Shown piece after piece: positions 49,408-62,045 of a stretch of DNA of 64,000 nucleotides. Position 1 is the stretch's first letter. Each line of letters starts with the position of its first letter. Source of the DNA: Lama glama (lineage: Eukaryota); NCBI GenBank assembly GCA_028534125.1, contig CM052817.1, positions 18,354,001 to 18,418,000 on the forward strand, read 5' to 3'. The notes beneath the pieces are model-generated. The model was not told the origin of the DNA, made no database searches, and saw only the letters and a program-made list of their open reading frames with translations. Position numbers and translations under genes: made by a program.

Positions 49408-51031
49408 AATGTAGAGCCTTACACATGTCCCCACTAGATTTCAACTGTAGTTTAAAAAGTTAAGGTAAAGCCAGACTCAACAAATAGCTAAACAGCAATT
49501 CTATTTTTAGTATGTTTTCTTTCTCACTGGAGAAAATTATCTGCTAGGAGAAAGAAATATTTGCAGCCTTTGCTTCAACCTTTATATTCCAGTGCTGGTA
49601 ACAGCTTCAAATAATAATATGATCAACAGTTTCCTAGCTCTTTGCCTAGGGCATTGGTAGTCTTTTATACATATTTATTTTGTTTTATTTTGTGCCTTGG
49701 ACCTTCTGACACTTAATAATATAATTTACCTTGATTCCACTGCAGATGGGACTCTCCCTGACTCAATTTAAAAAATTAATGCATTTAATTTTAGTAGAAG
49801 TGGGCAATAACACACCAGGTGACTCAGCTAAGTAAAAGAAGTGTTCGTAATTACACTTCTAAATCAAATTGTACTCTGAGTGCCCTTCTGGGGTTAAATC
49901 CTGCAGAAGTTTAGGGCAACTGAGGATTGCTGACTCAGTTTTCCCAGTCTGAGAACGAAGGGGCGGGGGATGATCTATTTTCAACATACCTCGAATTTCT
50001 AAATATTTAAAATTAATATTCACTACTCTTCCTAAAGTATAGTGTTTAGGGATGCTTAGCAATGAATGAATCTCCTTTTTTTTCTCCCCTTAGGCAGTTT
50101 TCTGAATTCCATTCGGTATCGCCTGCTGTTTTATTACACATTTTCTCATAATTGCTTTTGTGTAATCAGGGTTTGTGGAATAAAGAAAAAAAATGACTAA
50201 TCATATCTCAAGATGTGCAGGCCAGAGTATACCCCAGCATTATTTTAATATTATTTAAAAATGTGTTAACTGCATACTTTTTTTTCTTTCTCATAACAAC
50301 ATTTCTCATTAAAATGGATTTATTTATCACATTTCTCTTAATGTTGTGGCTTCTGGCATGAGAATGAATTATAGGCCTTTTCAGAGGGACTTTTTAAAAT
50401 AACTAGATGATGGTTTCTCCCCTGTGCCATTTGTTAGTGTCAGAGGGATGAAGAAAACAGCTTTATAGTGATTCTTCTGGGTAAGAAATTGAGATATACT
50501 CTTGAAAAGGGTGTGGATCGTGCTTTTAATGGGCCAGGTCTAACTACCAAATTTCAAGGAGGAAAACTTTTCATTGAGATAAAGCCTCAAATTGACATAT
50601 TTTGATAGAGATAGTGATTTGGAGGCAGTTGATTTGGTTGATGGACGAGTTTCAGAAACTTTTTGGTCACTTGTTTGGAACTAATTGGATTGGAACAAAG
50701 TTGGACTCTCTTAACTCTGGAGTTCTAAGCAGGGAAGTAGGAGCGAGTGGATTCAGAGATGGGTGTGAACTGATCATAGGTACTAAACAAACAAAGTGAA
50801 AATGCTTTCACCTAAAAATCTCAAAACATACTGTTGGCTTAAAAAGTGCCCTTGGATAAGTGGTCAACATTCTTTTGTAGGGACTTGAAAACGGAAAACA
50901 GAGATTATGCGGAATTACAGTGATGGAAATAGGAATTCAAGAAAGGAAGACAATAATAGATTTTAAAATACTAGAGGTTCACTATGACCCAGAAATGAAG
51001 AAAGTTGAAAAGATGTGAAAAGAAGGTCCGT

Positions 51032-51187
51032 TAGCGGCTTGATACGCAGAGTGGCCCACGGACCAGCACTATTGACATCAGCTGGGAGCTTGTTAAAAAT
51101 GCACAGTATTGGGTCTTACCTGATACCTGACTGCATTGCAACAAAATTCTGAGTGATTTGGTGCAAATTCAAGTTTAAGAAGCATTG
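51032..51187. mobile_element. MER5A hAT-Charlie MITE
   Basis: GTGGCCCACGGACCAGCA...CATCAGCTGGGAGCTTGTTAAAAATGCA...AAGTTTAAGAAGCATTG. Confidence 0.8.
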
Positions 51188-51199
51188 TTTTAGAGTAAG

Positions 51200-51790
51200 A
51201 TGCTAAAAAGATTGTTCTTTACCAACAATCTTCAGTAGCATAGGATTGCATTTCCTTCTCTGAGCTTGGACCCACACTCTATGACTCTACATAAGTAACA
51301 GTTGCATAAGCATAATAGTGAAAATGTTTTATAATTTTCAGTTTTTGCATCAGTATATAGGTAAGAGCTGGTACACTTGGTATTAGAGGTGTAGAACAGA
51401 ATGTAAAGGTCATAAACCTTGACAATTAAAAATAACAACTAAAAAGGAACAGAGAAGAAAAAGAGGTGAAGTAAAGAAAGCAATGTTCTCATATTTCATA
51501 GCAAGGCGTCAATACGTACTGGTTAAAGTTGAAAATCCAGGAAACAGAGTTTATTTGTCATATTTCAAGTCATAGAAGAAATATAAGAAGAAAGATGATA
51601 CAACCAACAAAATTTGAAAAGTGAGGCAGGGAGGGAAGGTAGAAGGCAGTATAAATGATCTAAATTCTTCATTTTCACAGCAAGGAAAGGAGCTAAGAGG
51701 TGCTATCCAGGGCTGACAAATCACAAAATTAAGGCAGTAGCATTTGGCAAATATGCATCATAATCCAAACATCCAGGTGTCTGAGAAATG
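51200..51790 (+). mobile_element. Probable very old L1 fragment
   Basis: A-rich plus strand with L1M-like phrases (AAATTCTTCATTTTCACAGCAAGG); subfamily unresolved. Confidence 0.4.
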
Positions 51791-51910
51791 TCACATTTCT
51801 TTCTTTCTTCAAATCTAACTCAATCAAACTGCAATGCCTACCTGCCAACTTGGCAAGAATCCAATCACAGTTAGGATTAGAGACTTCCTTCCTCCCTCCA
51901 TGTATGTGCC

Positions 51911-52276
51911 TGTGGTTAAAGATTGGGTCAAGTCTGCTTCCCCTTCCTCTGGGACACAAAATTTCCCAGGATCCCTGCCAAGTGGTTCTGATGGAGTCAC
52001 CGAGTTGTGGCTATTGGGACAGGAGTGGAGGTGATGTGTGTTACTTCTAGGCCAGGCTCTTCCCCTCCTCGTCCCCCACTCTCTGCTGATTGAATCAAGA
52101 GGCTGCTGAGGTCTGAGAGGGGAGTGGGGCCCTAAAAGGGAGGATGCTTGGGTCAGTGAAAGGCTGGTTGTGACCATCCAGATAGACTTTACTCAAGCAA
52201 GAGATAAACTTCTATTTTTCAGTCCCAAATGTCATAATTTTTTTAAATCATTAAGTTAGCCTATTTGAATAACACA
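51911..52276 (+). mobile_element. MaLR solo LTR (MLT1I/J-like)
   Basis: TGTGG start; GAGTGGAGGTGATGTGTGTTACTTCTAGGCC; GAGATAAACTTCTAT; AATAACACA end. Confidence 0.7.
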
Positions 52277-52799
52277 GTGATCATGGGGGTTTCCCATAAA
52301 GCTGATTTTGAGGCATCCCCTGTAGTCCGCAAATCATTATGGTCCCTTGATGTGGCCTTCCACCATCTTTACACCACTCAGGGACTTGGACATTTTTGCT
52401 GAGGCTGAGAAACGCAGGGACTGGAGTCGAGGCTACTAACAGGACAACTGAAAACTGAAGGGGCTACTCTGGGAAGCCTGGATGAAAAGTGGAGGGAGAA
52501 TTTACCCTTCGCTCTGTGCTCTGTGTATTGCTCGCATTTGTGAAAATCAAGTGCATGTGACATTTCATAAGATTATTGTTAAAAATACTTCTCTTTTCTC
52601 TAGTCGGTGTAATACCTTAAAGCTTAAAGAAATCCAACAACAAAGACTTAGACATATGGGCTATAAATGAAAATGATGTGTAAGATTCTCATCTGGCTCA
52701 AAGTTTTCTCCTGGAAGAAGTTCAACCACAAGGGAGGAATAAGCAAACTGCAACTTACATAAGAAAGACTCACATAAGAAGGGACCTTGTATGAGGAGG

Positions 52800-52930
52800 T
52801 CCCTTGAATTCTTTGAGCCTCAGTTTCCTCACCAGTCTGAGAGTCGTGTTGCTATTTGCCTTGCCTTTTCCAGAGGATCAAATTCAATTAAATGCACAAA
52901 GCATTTGCTTAGGACTTGCAATAAATCGAT
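52800..52930 (+). mobile_element. MIR SINE
   Basis: CTTTGAGCCTCAGTTTCCTCA...GAGGATCAAAT...AAAGCATTT. Confidence 0.65.
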
Positions 52931-53508
52931 GTAAAAATAGAGACACAGAAATTGATACTACCATGCTCCAGCTCACGTGGAGTAGAAACTCTGGCGGGTC
53001 GGGGTAGGAAGATATACAAAAACAAATGAGTCTATGGATGTGGAAGAATTTTGAAAATTGTGAAGTATGACTCCCAGGTGTTACTCATTTTCCCTAACGT
53101 CATGTAGCTGCAGACTTTCTAGTTGTGAAGGAGACAGAAATACCTTCTCAGTCGTAGGTCCACGTAAAGGTCTTAGTCCGTAATTCGAAGTGAGAGAATT
53201 ACTGCAATGCTGGCTGCTCCTGGAATGAATGAGAGTTAAGGAGTGAATTTCTCTGAGGAAAAAGGGAGAAACGTGTTGGTCACATTTTTAAAATCCATGT
53301 ATTCAAAATGCCTGCAGACTGATTCCCCCAATCCTACTCAGCCCAGAATTATTTTTCCTTCCCTTCCATTAAGGAGGAAAGACGCAATCTTGAAATTTTG
53401 TTCTCGTTTACTCACTGAAGGAGGCAGAAAGAAAAAAAACAAAAGCCAGCATCCTTCCATCCTTTTAGGCCCTAGCTGCTTCTTCAGGTTAGTATCAACT
53501 GAACACTT

Positions 53509-53924
53509 AAAACATTTATTTTTTTTAATTGAAGCATAGTTGATTTACAATGTATCAGGTGAACACCAAAATGATTCAGTTATACACACACACAAACATA
53601 TAAATGTTCTTTTTCAGATTCTTTTCCATTATAGGTTATTACAAGATATTGAATGTGGTTCCCTGTGTTACACAGTAGGTCCTTGTTTATCTATTTTATA
53701 TATAGTGGTATGTCTCTGTTAATCCAAAATTCCCAATTTATCCCTCACCCTCCCATCCCATTTGGTAACCGTAAGTTTGTTTTCTATATCTGAGTCTATT
53801 TCTGTTTTGTAAATAAGTTCATTTTTATCACCTTTTTTAAAATTCCACACATAAGAGATATCATGATATTTATCTTTTTCTGTCTGACTTACTTCACTTA
53901 GTATGGTAATCTCTAGGGCCATCC
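53509..53924 (-). mobile_element. 5'-truncated L1 (cetartiodactyl/camelid type), 3'UTR and end of ORF2
   Basis: TTTTTAATTGAAGCATAGTTGATTTACAATG...; minus-strand ORF MALEITILSEVSQTEKDKYH; 11-bp TSD ACTGAACACTT at 53498-53508 and 53925-53935. Confidence 0.92.
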
Positions 53925-54134
53925 ACTGAACACTTTTTTTTAATGTGAAGTCTGTGCTGGGTCTCCGAGAGCATTAACTCATTCAATGTCACTCAAAATG
54001 GGGCTGGGAATTCAGGATGATGCCAGGCAGGGCTGCACAGTGAAGGGCCCCGTGTGCTGTACTGAGTAGCCAGCACTTTATGTTGTAGGCATTGAAGAGC
54101 TGTGGACAGCTGGGGGACAGGCAAGCATATTACT

Positions 54135-54500
54135 TAGGGCAGATGCAAAGTTCTACCCCAAACGGACGCTGAGAGTAGGGACTTAAAGTTTACAGGTGTT
54201 GATTTCCTTTCGTTCTCCACATCCAGGTGGGCAGCTTGTTCTGTGTGATCATCTGGGGTCTCAGCTCTTGCTAAATATTTCTTTTTCATCCGCTGCACCT
54301 TATCTTAGGCATCCTCGAAGCTGCATCACGGCTGTGTTCCGGGTTCCAGGGAAGAAGAAGAGGAAAGAGAATGGGGGAAAGCACACCTGATGTCTCAAGT
54401 CCCAGGCATGGAAGCGCACATGTCTCTGCTACTCACTTTCCTTCCACAGTAATGTGGTCTTGCGGCCACAGCTAACTGTGGTCTGGCTGGATAGCCAAGA
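54135..54500 (-). mobile_element. Old MaLR LTR (MLT1J-like)
   Basis: GGGACTTAAA...TTGATTTCCTT...CTCTGCTACTCACTTTCC...GGTCTTGCGGCCACAGCTAACTG. Confidence 0.5.
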
Positions 54501-55329
54501 ACCAGCTGCAATTCTGTTCTCAGGGGTGACTTTGGTGGACACCCAGTCATGTGTACTACAACAGGGAAACAGATCTATGTTTTCCAAAGAGAATTCTGAT
54601 TTCTTTTGGCATTCTCTGTAGCATCTAGCACAGAACTGTCTATGTGGTGGGCATTCCATCAATAACTGTTGGCTCATTAATTGATTAATAGATTGGCAAA
54701 GCCAGGATGAGGCTAGAGGGCCAGTCATCTCATTTACTTATGATGACACGTAAGGATCCACTGATGGCACCTGCCCAATGATGCCTTCCTCAACGTGATA
54801 TAGGAAAGAGGCTGCTGAAGGTCTGTTCTGTTCTGTTACAGTCGTGTTTGGGAAATTTATAGTCCTCCTGAGACAGGAAGGAATGGCTCAAGACCCCAGA
54901 TCAAGAGGCTGGGAAATGATCCGATGTGCCATTGTACCTATTGCCAGGAAGGGGCTAACGACAGTCATTATGTTACATGTATCCCACCAACTGCAATTTG
55001 TAGAGAGAGATTTTATTTGGAAGTCAAAATAAGTTTTTTTAAAAAGCACTCCTTTCCTTCCCTTCTTGCATCTAATAATTGACCAAAAGGGTGAAGGTGG
55101 CAAGAGAGAGCAGCCTGCTTTAATAAGTAGGAGTATTTTATGTTGATATTATTTAGAACACTTGTGCCATGGTAATAACACAAAGCGCTCTGAGTTTGAG
55201 CCAGTTTCTTAAAAAATTGCTTTAAATTTCTCTGCAGATCTTGCAGCGTCTTATTGCTCGCACCGTGGTGGGCTTCTCCATGTCCCCTACCCCTCGGTAC
55301 ACCACTCTTCTTCCTTCTTCCTTCTTTTC

Positions 55330-56700
55330 CCATTCCCTTCCCTTTACAGGAAAAGCCTTTGAAAGATCCGTCTGTTCTCACTGTCTGCTACGCTTCTCTT
55401 CCCATTCTCTCCCAAGGCTCTATCAGCCAGACTTCATTCCAACCATGTCATCCAATTAGCTCTTGTCACAGTCACGTCACAGCTGCTGGATCTGACTGTT
55501 GATTCTCAGTTCTTGTCTTACTTGACCTATTATCAACATTCATCACTCTCGCTCACTTCTTCCTCCTGGAAACTCTTGTTTCTCTGGGCTTCTGGAGCAC
55601 TGTCCTGACTTGGGGATACCTCCCTGGGCTCTCTTCAGCGAAATTTTTTTCTTCTTGATTCCAAATGTTGGAGTACCTCAGGACTTGTCCTCTTTGTCCT
55701 CTTCTCTTCTCCATCTATACCCACTTCCTTGGTGACCTTATCCAGTCTTAGAACTTGAAATATCACATGTAGCTAGTGCCTCCTAAGTTTCTATCTCTAA
55801 CCCCGGCTTCTCCCTTGTACTCCCCAGCTTGCACCTCCATTGAATAGATACCTCCAACATCCCATGTCTACACCCGACGCCTCATCTGCCCTCCCAGTTG
55901 ATCCATGTCCAGTCTTCCCATGTGAGCTAATGAGAACTCTAATTGTTCAGGCCGGTGATGTAAAGAATCATCTCTGATTCCTTTTGTTTTGTTCTGTTTT
56001 CATAACCATATCCAGCTGGTTGGGAATTTCTGGAGGCTCTGTTTGGAAAATGCTCCAAGAATATGATAATTATTATCATCTGCACTCCCATCATCAAACC
56101 AACATTACCTTTCCCCTTTCAGTGGTGAGTTGCAGCAGCCTTCTAGATGATCTCATGTCTGTGCTTAGAAATGAAGGTGTGGAAGTCAGACCAAAGCAAT
56201 CTTCTGCTCAACGTCTTCCCTTGGGTTTTTTTCTTACTCAGTAGGATTGCCAGAGTCCTATGATCTGCACCTCTGCCACACCTTCCAATCTCATTTCCCA
56301 AGTCTTTCTCGCTCTGTCACTCTTTCAAACACACTTGCCTCCTTTTCTTTCCTCCAGGGCCCCTTGTTGTCAGTCACCTTCATCCAGGTATGTGTGACTT
56401 TCCCCCTCAACTGTTTCAGGCTTTGCTCAAATGCCATGCCAGTGAATCCTTTTGTTACCACTCTCTATAAAATCACACTTCCTATTCCCTTGCTTGTCTT
56501 TGCTTCCATAGCAACGTCCTATCTACTAATTTTTCGTATTACTGACCATTTTTCATCCGCTGAATATAAGCTCCATGAGGGCAGAGATTTTTGACACTGT
56601 ATCCTCAATGCCTAGACAGTGCCAGGCATACGATGGGAGCTCAGCTAAAAAGAAATTAATTGAAGTGTAGTTGATTTTATATTTGTTGAAGGCATGAATG
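55330..56700 (+). mobile_element. L2 LINE (about 1.3 kb)
   Basis: TTCTCAGTTCTTGTCTTACTTGACCT; CTCCTGGAAACTCTT; AATATAAGCTCCATGAGGGCAGAGA; TATTTGTTGAA...TGAATG tail. Confidence 0.88.
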
Positions 56701-57509
56701 GTGCTCCCACTTCCTGTCCTCTTGATGGTTCACCCCTGGCTGTCTCCCAACACCTTCCTTCCAACTATGACTTTTGGTAACTTTTGTCTTACCAGAAGTT
56801 TATTTATCCAGATCTACAACAAATATTTTCTGAGTGTATCTTTGTGTACTGAACTGTGTTAAGAATCTAAAGTGAGTAAGAAACAGTTTCCTTCTTCGAG
56901 CTCGTTTCCTGTGGATGCCTTGGATTTAGCCTTGGCTGCTAATGAGTGTGCCTGTCAGATAATGGACTGAATCCACCAGCTCCTTATTACTGTCTGGAAG
57001 TCATTGTCACTAATGGGGTGTGCAATAGCTTTGGGCTGGGTTGGGAGGAAGGGCTGAGGACCATTTGTTTCCAAGAGTGCTGCTCCTGTAGGAAATGCAA
57101 GATCTGCTGATTTGGAGTCTCATGTTTGTCACCTGTTACCTTGGCCTGAGTGGGAAAGATGAGAAGGGCTCCCTCACCTTTTGTGGTCAGGCCAGGTGAT
57201 CACGTGTGTGCCCCTGCTGGATGTGGGGCTTTGGGGGAGCAACATGAAGAGGCTCTTATTTTTGCTAGAAGACACTTCTGTTCCCTGAGTATCCCTGCTG
57301 TGGAGTTGATAAAGTCCAGGCTGAAAATGAGGACTCTTCTGCTTGTGACCAGATTACTGGTCCTCCCATCTCACCTGCTCAGCTCTGATAGATCCCTGGA
57401 CACTGAGAAGCCTGCAGTATGTGAGCTGGAATAGGGAGCTTCATTCATTCAGGAATAATCAGTCCCTTTCATCTGAACCTCCCCACCCCAAGACCAACTC
57501 TTCACTCCC

Positions 57510-57760
57510 AGGGGAAGGGACACAAACTTTGGGGTCAAATAAACCTAGGATTGCATCCTGGTGTTGCCAATTTCTAGCTATTTGACCTTAAGGAATTTCA
57601 TTTGTTTCCTTTGAGTCTTGGTTTCTCCATCCATAGGTTGGGGATAATAACAATGACTTTACTGTATTGCTGAGAGGATTCGGTGATTTCATGCTCGCAG
57701 AGCACTTACTTCAGGGCCTGGCGTGCGGCAATCATGAACTCTATGATGGTTATTATTATT
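57510..57760 (+). mobile_element. MIR SINE
   Basis: ACTTTGGGGTCAAATAAACCTAGGATTGCATCCTGG...TGACCTTAAGG...GGGATAATAAC...GCCTGGC. Confidence 0.75.
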
Positions 57761-58609
57761 TAAGAAGTTATTATCATTTTACTTGTATGGGAAGTTAATT
57801 GTTTTTGTTTTACTGATTGTCAGTGATTTTGGAGAGTGTCTCAGAGGCACAGGTTTGAGAATAGTGTCATTGGCACAAAACAAAACTTAATGACAGTGAA
57901 CCGTCCCAACAGGCTCTGAAGGCTGATGCTCATTTTCAGTCACTGTGGCGGAGAGAGGAGAGAGAGGCCAGCAGAGCCCTTATTCTCTTGTGGTTCCTGG
58001 TACCTGTGAAGTGCTTCACTTGGCCTCCTGTGACAGAGGAGCCATGGGCCGCTCCCCACCCCCGACGAGGGCAGGAAGCTTCTGTCGTCTGACAGAGGAA
58101 GGGAGACTGCTCCCTGGGCTCTGCTATCCCGTGTTACCTTTGTCCTCCCCAGATGCCTGCAGCTACTTGGCACACTCGGGGGATGGTTTCCGGACATCCT
58201 GCTCTGTATTTAATGCCAGCTCCACAAGTGGGCCCAGGCATCTGATTAGAGGCCATTCTCAGCAAAAACAGCCTTTTTTTTTCTCTCTCATTGGAAACCT
58301 GGATCATCTCCGGAGCAGAGTGAAGACTGTCATAATTTTAGCAGAGGGGCTAGTCTGTGCACCGGTCTGTTCCCCAGCCCAGAGGGAGGGAGTGTCCAGG
58401 AATCCTGCGCACTGGCCTCAGAGAGCCAGGAGGATGACTATGGGAACTCTCCCATCCCCTCGCCTCACCAGTTCCCCACACCTACCCTGTCTTCAGGCCC
58501 CAGAATCTCCCATTCTAGCCTGTAGCAACATTAGCTTTGAAATGATGCAGTTCACTACCAGAGACCAGAAATTTTTGTGTTTTGTTTTACTCACCCTAAT
58601 AAATTCTTA

Positions 58610-58800
58610 GCAGCAGGGCAATATGGTAGAAGGCTTTGTATAGTAGTATGCTTTGGCCATGACTCAAACCCCAGCTCTATTCTTTCTAGCTGTGTTCCCT
58701 TAGGCAAAATACTCAACATCTCAGAGCTCCAGTGATATGTGCCTTCAGGATTGTTTAAGGATTAAATAACAGGGTTTATGAAAGATCTCAGAAAATATTA
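58610..58800 (+). mobile_element. MIR SINE
   Basis: CAAACCCCAGCTCTAT...TAGCTGTGTTCCCTTAGGCAAA...AGGATTGTTTAAGGATTAAAT. Confidence 0.7.
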
Positions 58801-58899
58801 TTTACTTTCTGTTATTTCTCCATGACCTCCTGTAAAATCAAATTCCTTAGAAAAGGAGGGAACACATAGGCTAGAATAATGACAATGTGGATGTGAGTA

Positions 58900-59211
58900 C
58901 AGGCAGACCTCAGAGAGATTGCAGGGTTGGTTCCAGACTACCACAATAAAGGTAATATTGCAAAAAAAGCAAGTCACATAACTTTTTTGGCTCCCCAATA
59001 CATATCAAAGTTTTTATACTCTACTGTAGTCTATTAAGTGTGCGATACATTATGTCTAAAACACAATTTACATACCTTAATTTAAAAAATACTTTCTAGA
59101 TAAAAAATGCCAACCATTATCTGAAAACTCAGGATTGCTACAAACCTTCAATGTGTAAAAAAAAAAAAAAAAAGCAGTGTTTGGGAACTGCAATACAATG
59201 AGGTACGCCTG
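58900..59211 (-). mobile_element. Internally deleted Tigger1 (TcMar) DNA transposon
   Basis: Inverted termini CAGGCAGACCTC / GAGGTACGCCTG; left TA target; GGTTCCAGACTACCACAATAAAG Tigger1 subterminal sequence. Confidence 0.9.
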
Positions 59212-59231
59212 CGCAGAATCAAGATAGGCAT

Positions 59232-59696
59232 TGTGTTTGCAAGGGCTGTTGTAACAAAGTACCGCAAACTGGATGGCTTTAAACAACAGACATTTATTGT
59301 TTCACGGTTCTGGAGGCTTAAAGTCCAAGAATAAGGTGTCAGCAGGGCCAGGCTGTCCCTGAAGGCTCGAGGGGAGACTCCTCCCTGGCTGCTTCTCATT
59401 TTTGACGTTTGCTGATGGTCCTCCCTGCTCCTTAGCTTGTAGGTACCTCAGTGGAGTCACATGCTGTCTTCTCCCAGTGTGTCTTCACATCATCTTCCTG
59501 CTGTGCGTGTCTATCTGTGCCCAAATTTCCCTTTTTTATAAGGCTACCACTCCTCTCAGATCAGGACCCAATCTAAAGACCTTATCATAACTTGACCATT
59601 TGCAAAGGCTTTATGTTCAAATAAGGTCACATTTATAGGTCCTGAGAGTTAGAACTTTATTATATCTTTTCAGGGGACACAACTCAACCCTTAACA
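59232..59696 (-). mobile_element. MaLR solo LTR (MLT1C-like)
   Basis: TGTGTTTGCAAGGGCTGTTGTAACAAAGTACC...GGGGACACAACTCAACCCTTAACA; perfect 5-bp TSD GGCAT at 59227-59231 and 59697-59701. Confidence 0.92.
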
Positions 59697-59899
59697 GGCA
59701 TTGATATAGTAATAGATTTTATTTCCTCAGTTTTGTTCTCAGAGTAATGCAACCTTGTTTTCTTTTTGTCTACTTTCCTAGCCTTGGTGTTGGTTCTTAT
59801 TTAAGTTCCCAGAAGAAGCAAAGAAGAACCACTTATTTAAGATTAGAAAAGTAGACTATTCTACTCCTATTTCATATTGTTTGATGTTTGTCTGTCTCT

Positions 59900-59960
59900 C
59901 TCCATCTAGTATCTATCTATCTATCTATCTATCATCTCTCATCTATCTCTATGTATCTGT
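59900..59960. repeat. (TCTA)n microsatellite
   Basis: TATCTATCTATCTATCTATCTATC with degenerate flanks. Confidence 0.9.
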
Positions 59961-61592
59961 ATAGCTATGTGCTTACGTATCAATTATCTCTCTAAACATA
60001 CATTTCTTTTTTCCTTTGGAACTTGCTGTCACTGGTGACAGATACATGCATGATCTCCGTGAAAGATTCACCTGTATAAGATTCTTTACCTATTGGAGGG
60101 CACAAAGACAAAGTAAAAATGACGGTTAATTCCACTGAAGAAACATATGCTTTCCTTAAATAGCAAAAGAGTCTTTTCATTTAAAACATTTATTTCCTAG
60201 TGAAGGAAACAGCTCTATCAGTTGAAACAGTGCATTTGTGAGCAAATGAGTCAGCAACGTGTCCTGGACCAGCCAATAACATTGGTATATACACAGCAAA
60301 TCATTTCAATTTACCAACTGTTCTGAAATTATCTGACCAAGCAGAAAGCATTAATCCGAATCCTGTTACAAATGGACTTTGAAATAGGGTCATGAACCTT
60401 GGAGAAGATGAGGGAGAATCATCTTCTCTCTGATTCGGAATGGCCTCTTTTACCATTGTTTGGTGTTTTCCCTCTTTTTATTTGTAACTAATGACATACC
60501 GCAGTTCAGGTCTGCTGGTCTTAATCTACAAACCAGGCCATTAGCAGCCCCAGTCTGGACAATGGCCTACCAATTAAAATTAGGAGATTAAAGAGTAATG
60601 TTCCTTGCCTGAGACCAGTCTGCATACCAATGACAATTTCCTCAGCTCTTGAATGAAGAAAGACTTAAATGGCAGTGAACTTGATATCATTAAATTTAGG
60701 GGACATTGTAGAGTGTGTGTGTGTGTGGGAGGGCAGTCTGCTAGAGCACTCAGAGTTAAAAACCAGAGACAGAAGTTTTAATACTTGTTTTACTATTTAA
60801 CCTTTATCCATTTATTTTTATTCTCAACAAATATTACAACTCCATCAAAATTTAAAGAAGAACAGGCTGTCGGAAAAGATAGTCAAATTCCATATTTCTC
60901 TGTTCCAAACAGAACATCAGACCCCCAGTTTTTCTCTCTGTAAAAGTGGAACAAGAACATGTAGGCCTGTATCACAACGACAGGTGGAGAGATGGTTTGA
61001 CAGATGAGATAAATTTAGGATTCAATCTTAGAGTTTTTAAGAAGATATTTAAAGAAGGATTCAAAACCAAGAAATGGGGCTTCACTCAATTTAGCTTAAA
61101 AGATGGAGAATTTAATGTAGGCTCACCCCATATAGATTTAAGACCTCATGTGCTATGTCTCAGTATCCAGTCATTTCTGTACCAGCAGAGTCTAACATCC
61201 AAAATATATTAAATAAGAATATTATTTTCTTGGGTCTTTTGACGATGATTTAAAATAAGCTAATTTGTAAACTATAGCAACAATTTCACAAACGCCTTTT
61301 CTGTGTCTCTTGACTCCCAGACCTCTCCGGAGTCTTTCCCTTCAACAAAATACCTCAAGAACTCTTTCAAATACTCCATGCTCCCAGAATTTTTTTTTCT
61401 ATCTTGATACAAGTTTTCTGGCTTTTATTTCCCCCTTTTGGATTCAAGCAAGAATTCTTCTCAGTTTTCTCCCATCTTGCCAGAATTTTTCCTAAGCTTT
61501 CATTAAAAACAAACAAATGACTAGTTAGCAAAGAGATAAATGTCCTTCAAATATGGAGGAGGGAAGATGACTGGAAACAACCAAAACTTCAG

Positions 61593-62045
61593 AAAGAAAG
61601 ACCTGCTTGAAATAAAAGGTGTAGATTTGAGGTTTGTTAGGACTGCAGCCCAGGGGACACAGATTCAAGAAGCTCATGAGTTGTGTTCCCCCAGACTACA
61701 AAATGGGGGAGACTTATAAAAGCAAAATCATCAAGTTTACAGCTAGTTACCTGAGTTATTTATCAAGAATTATAATCGGAGCTGAAAAGAAGTAAGGGTT
61801 CTTGTTACGTAAGGATTGGTTGTGGTTGGAAATGTTTGCATATTTACAAGGGGAGACCTTGAGACACTAAGTTGCAGCTAGTAGTTGTTGTTTGAAAAAT
61901 GCCAGTGTCCTTGGTTAGGTACACTTCACAGAAAGTTCAAGTTCTCAGTGGTGCAGAGATGTGTCTGAGACCAGATCCTCAATGGCTGCCTACTCTGCTT
62001 TTGTATGCCTGAATTGAGATACTCCATTCAAATTTCAATTTGTCA
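61593..62045 (-). mobile_element. ERV1-type solo LTR
   Basis: GGACTGCAGCCCAGGGGACACAGATTCAAG...GGATTGGTT...CAATTTGTCA; possible 4-bp TSD TCAG at 61589-61592 and 62046-62049. Confidence 0.7.

Noticed and set aside
50071..50093. Strong polypyrimidine tract and AG acceptor
   Set aside because: No convincing donor or open frame downstream.
57945..58610. 221-aa plus-strand ORF, the longest in the window
   Set aside because: Non-ATG start, locally higher GC content that lowers stop frequency, and no recognisable protein features.
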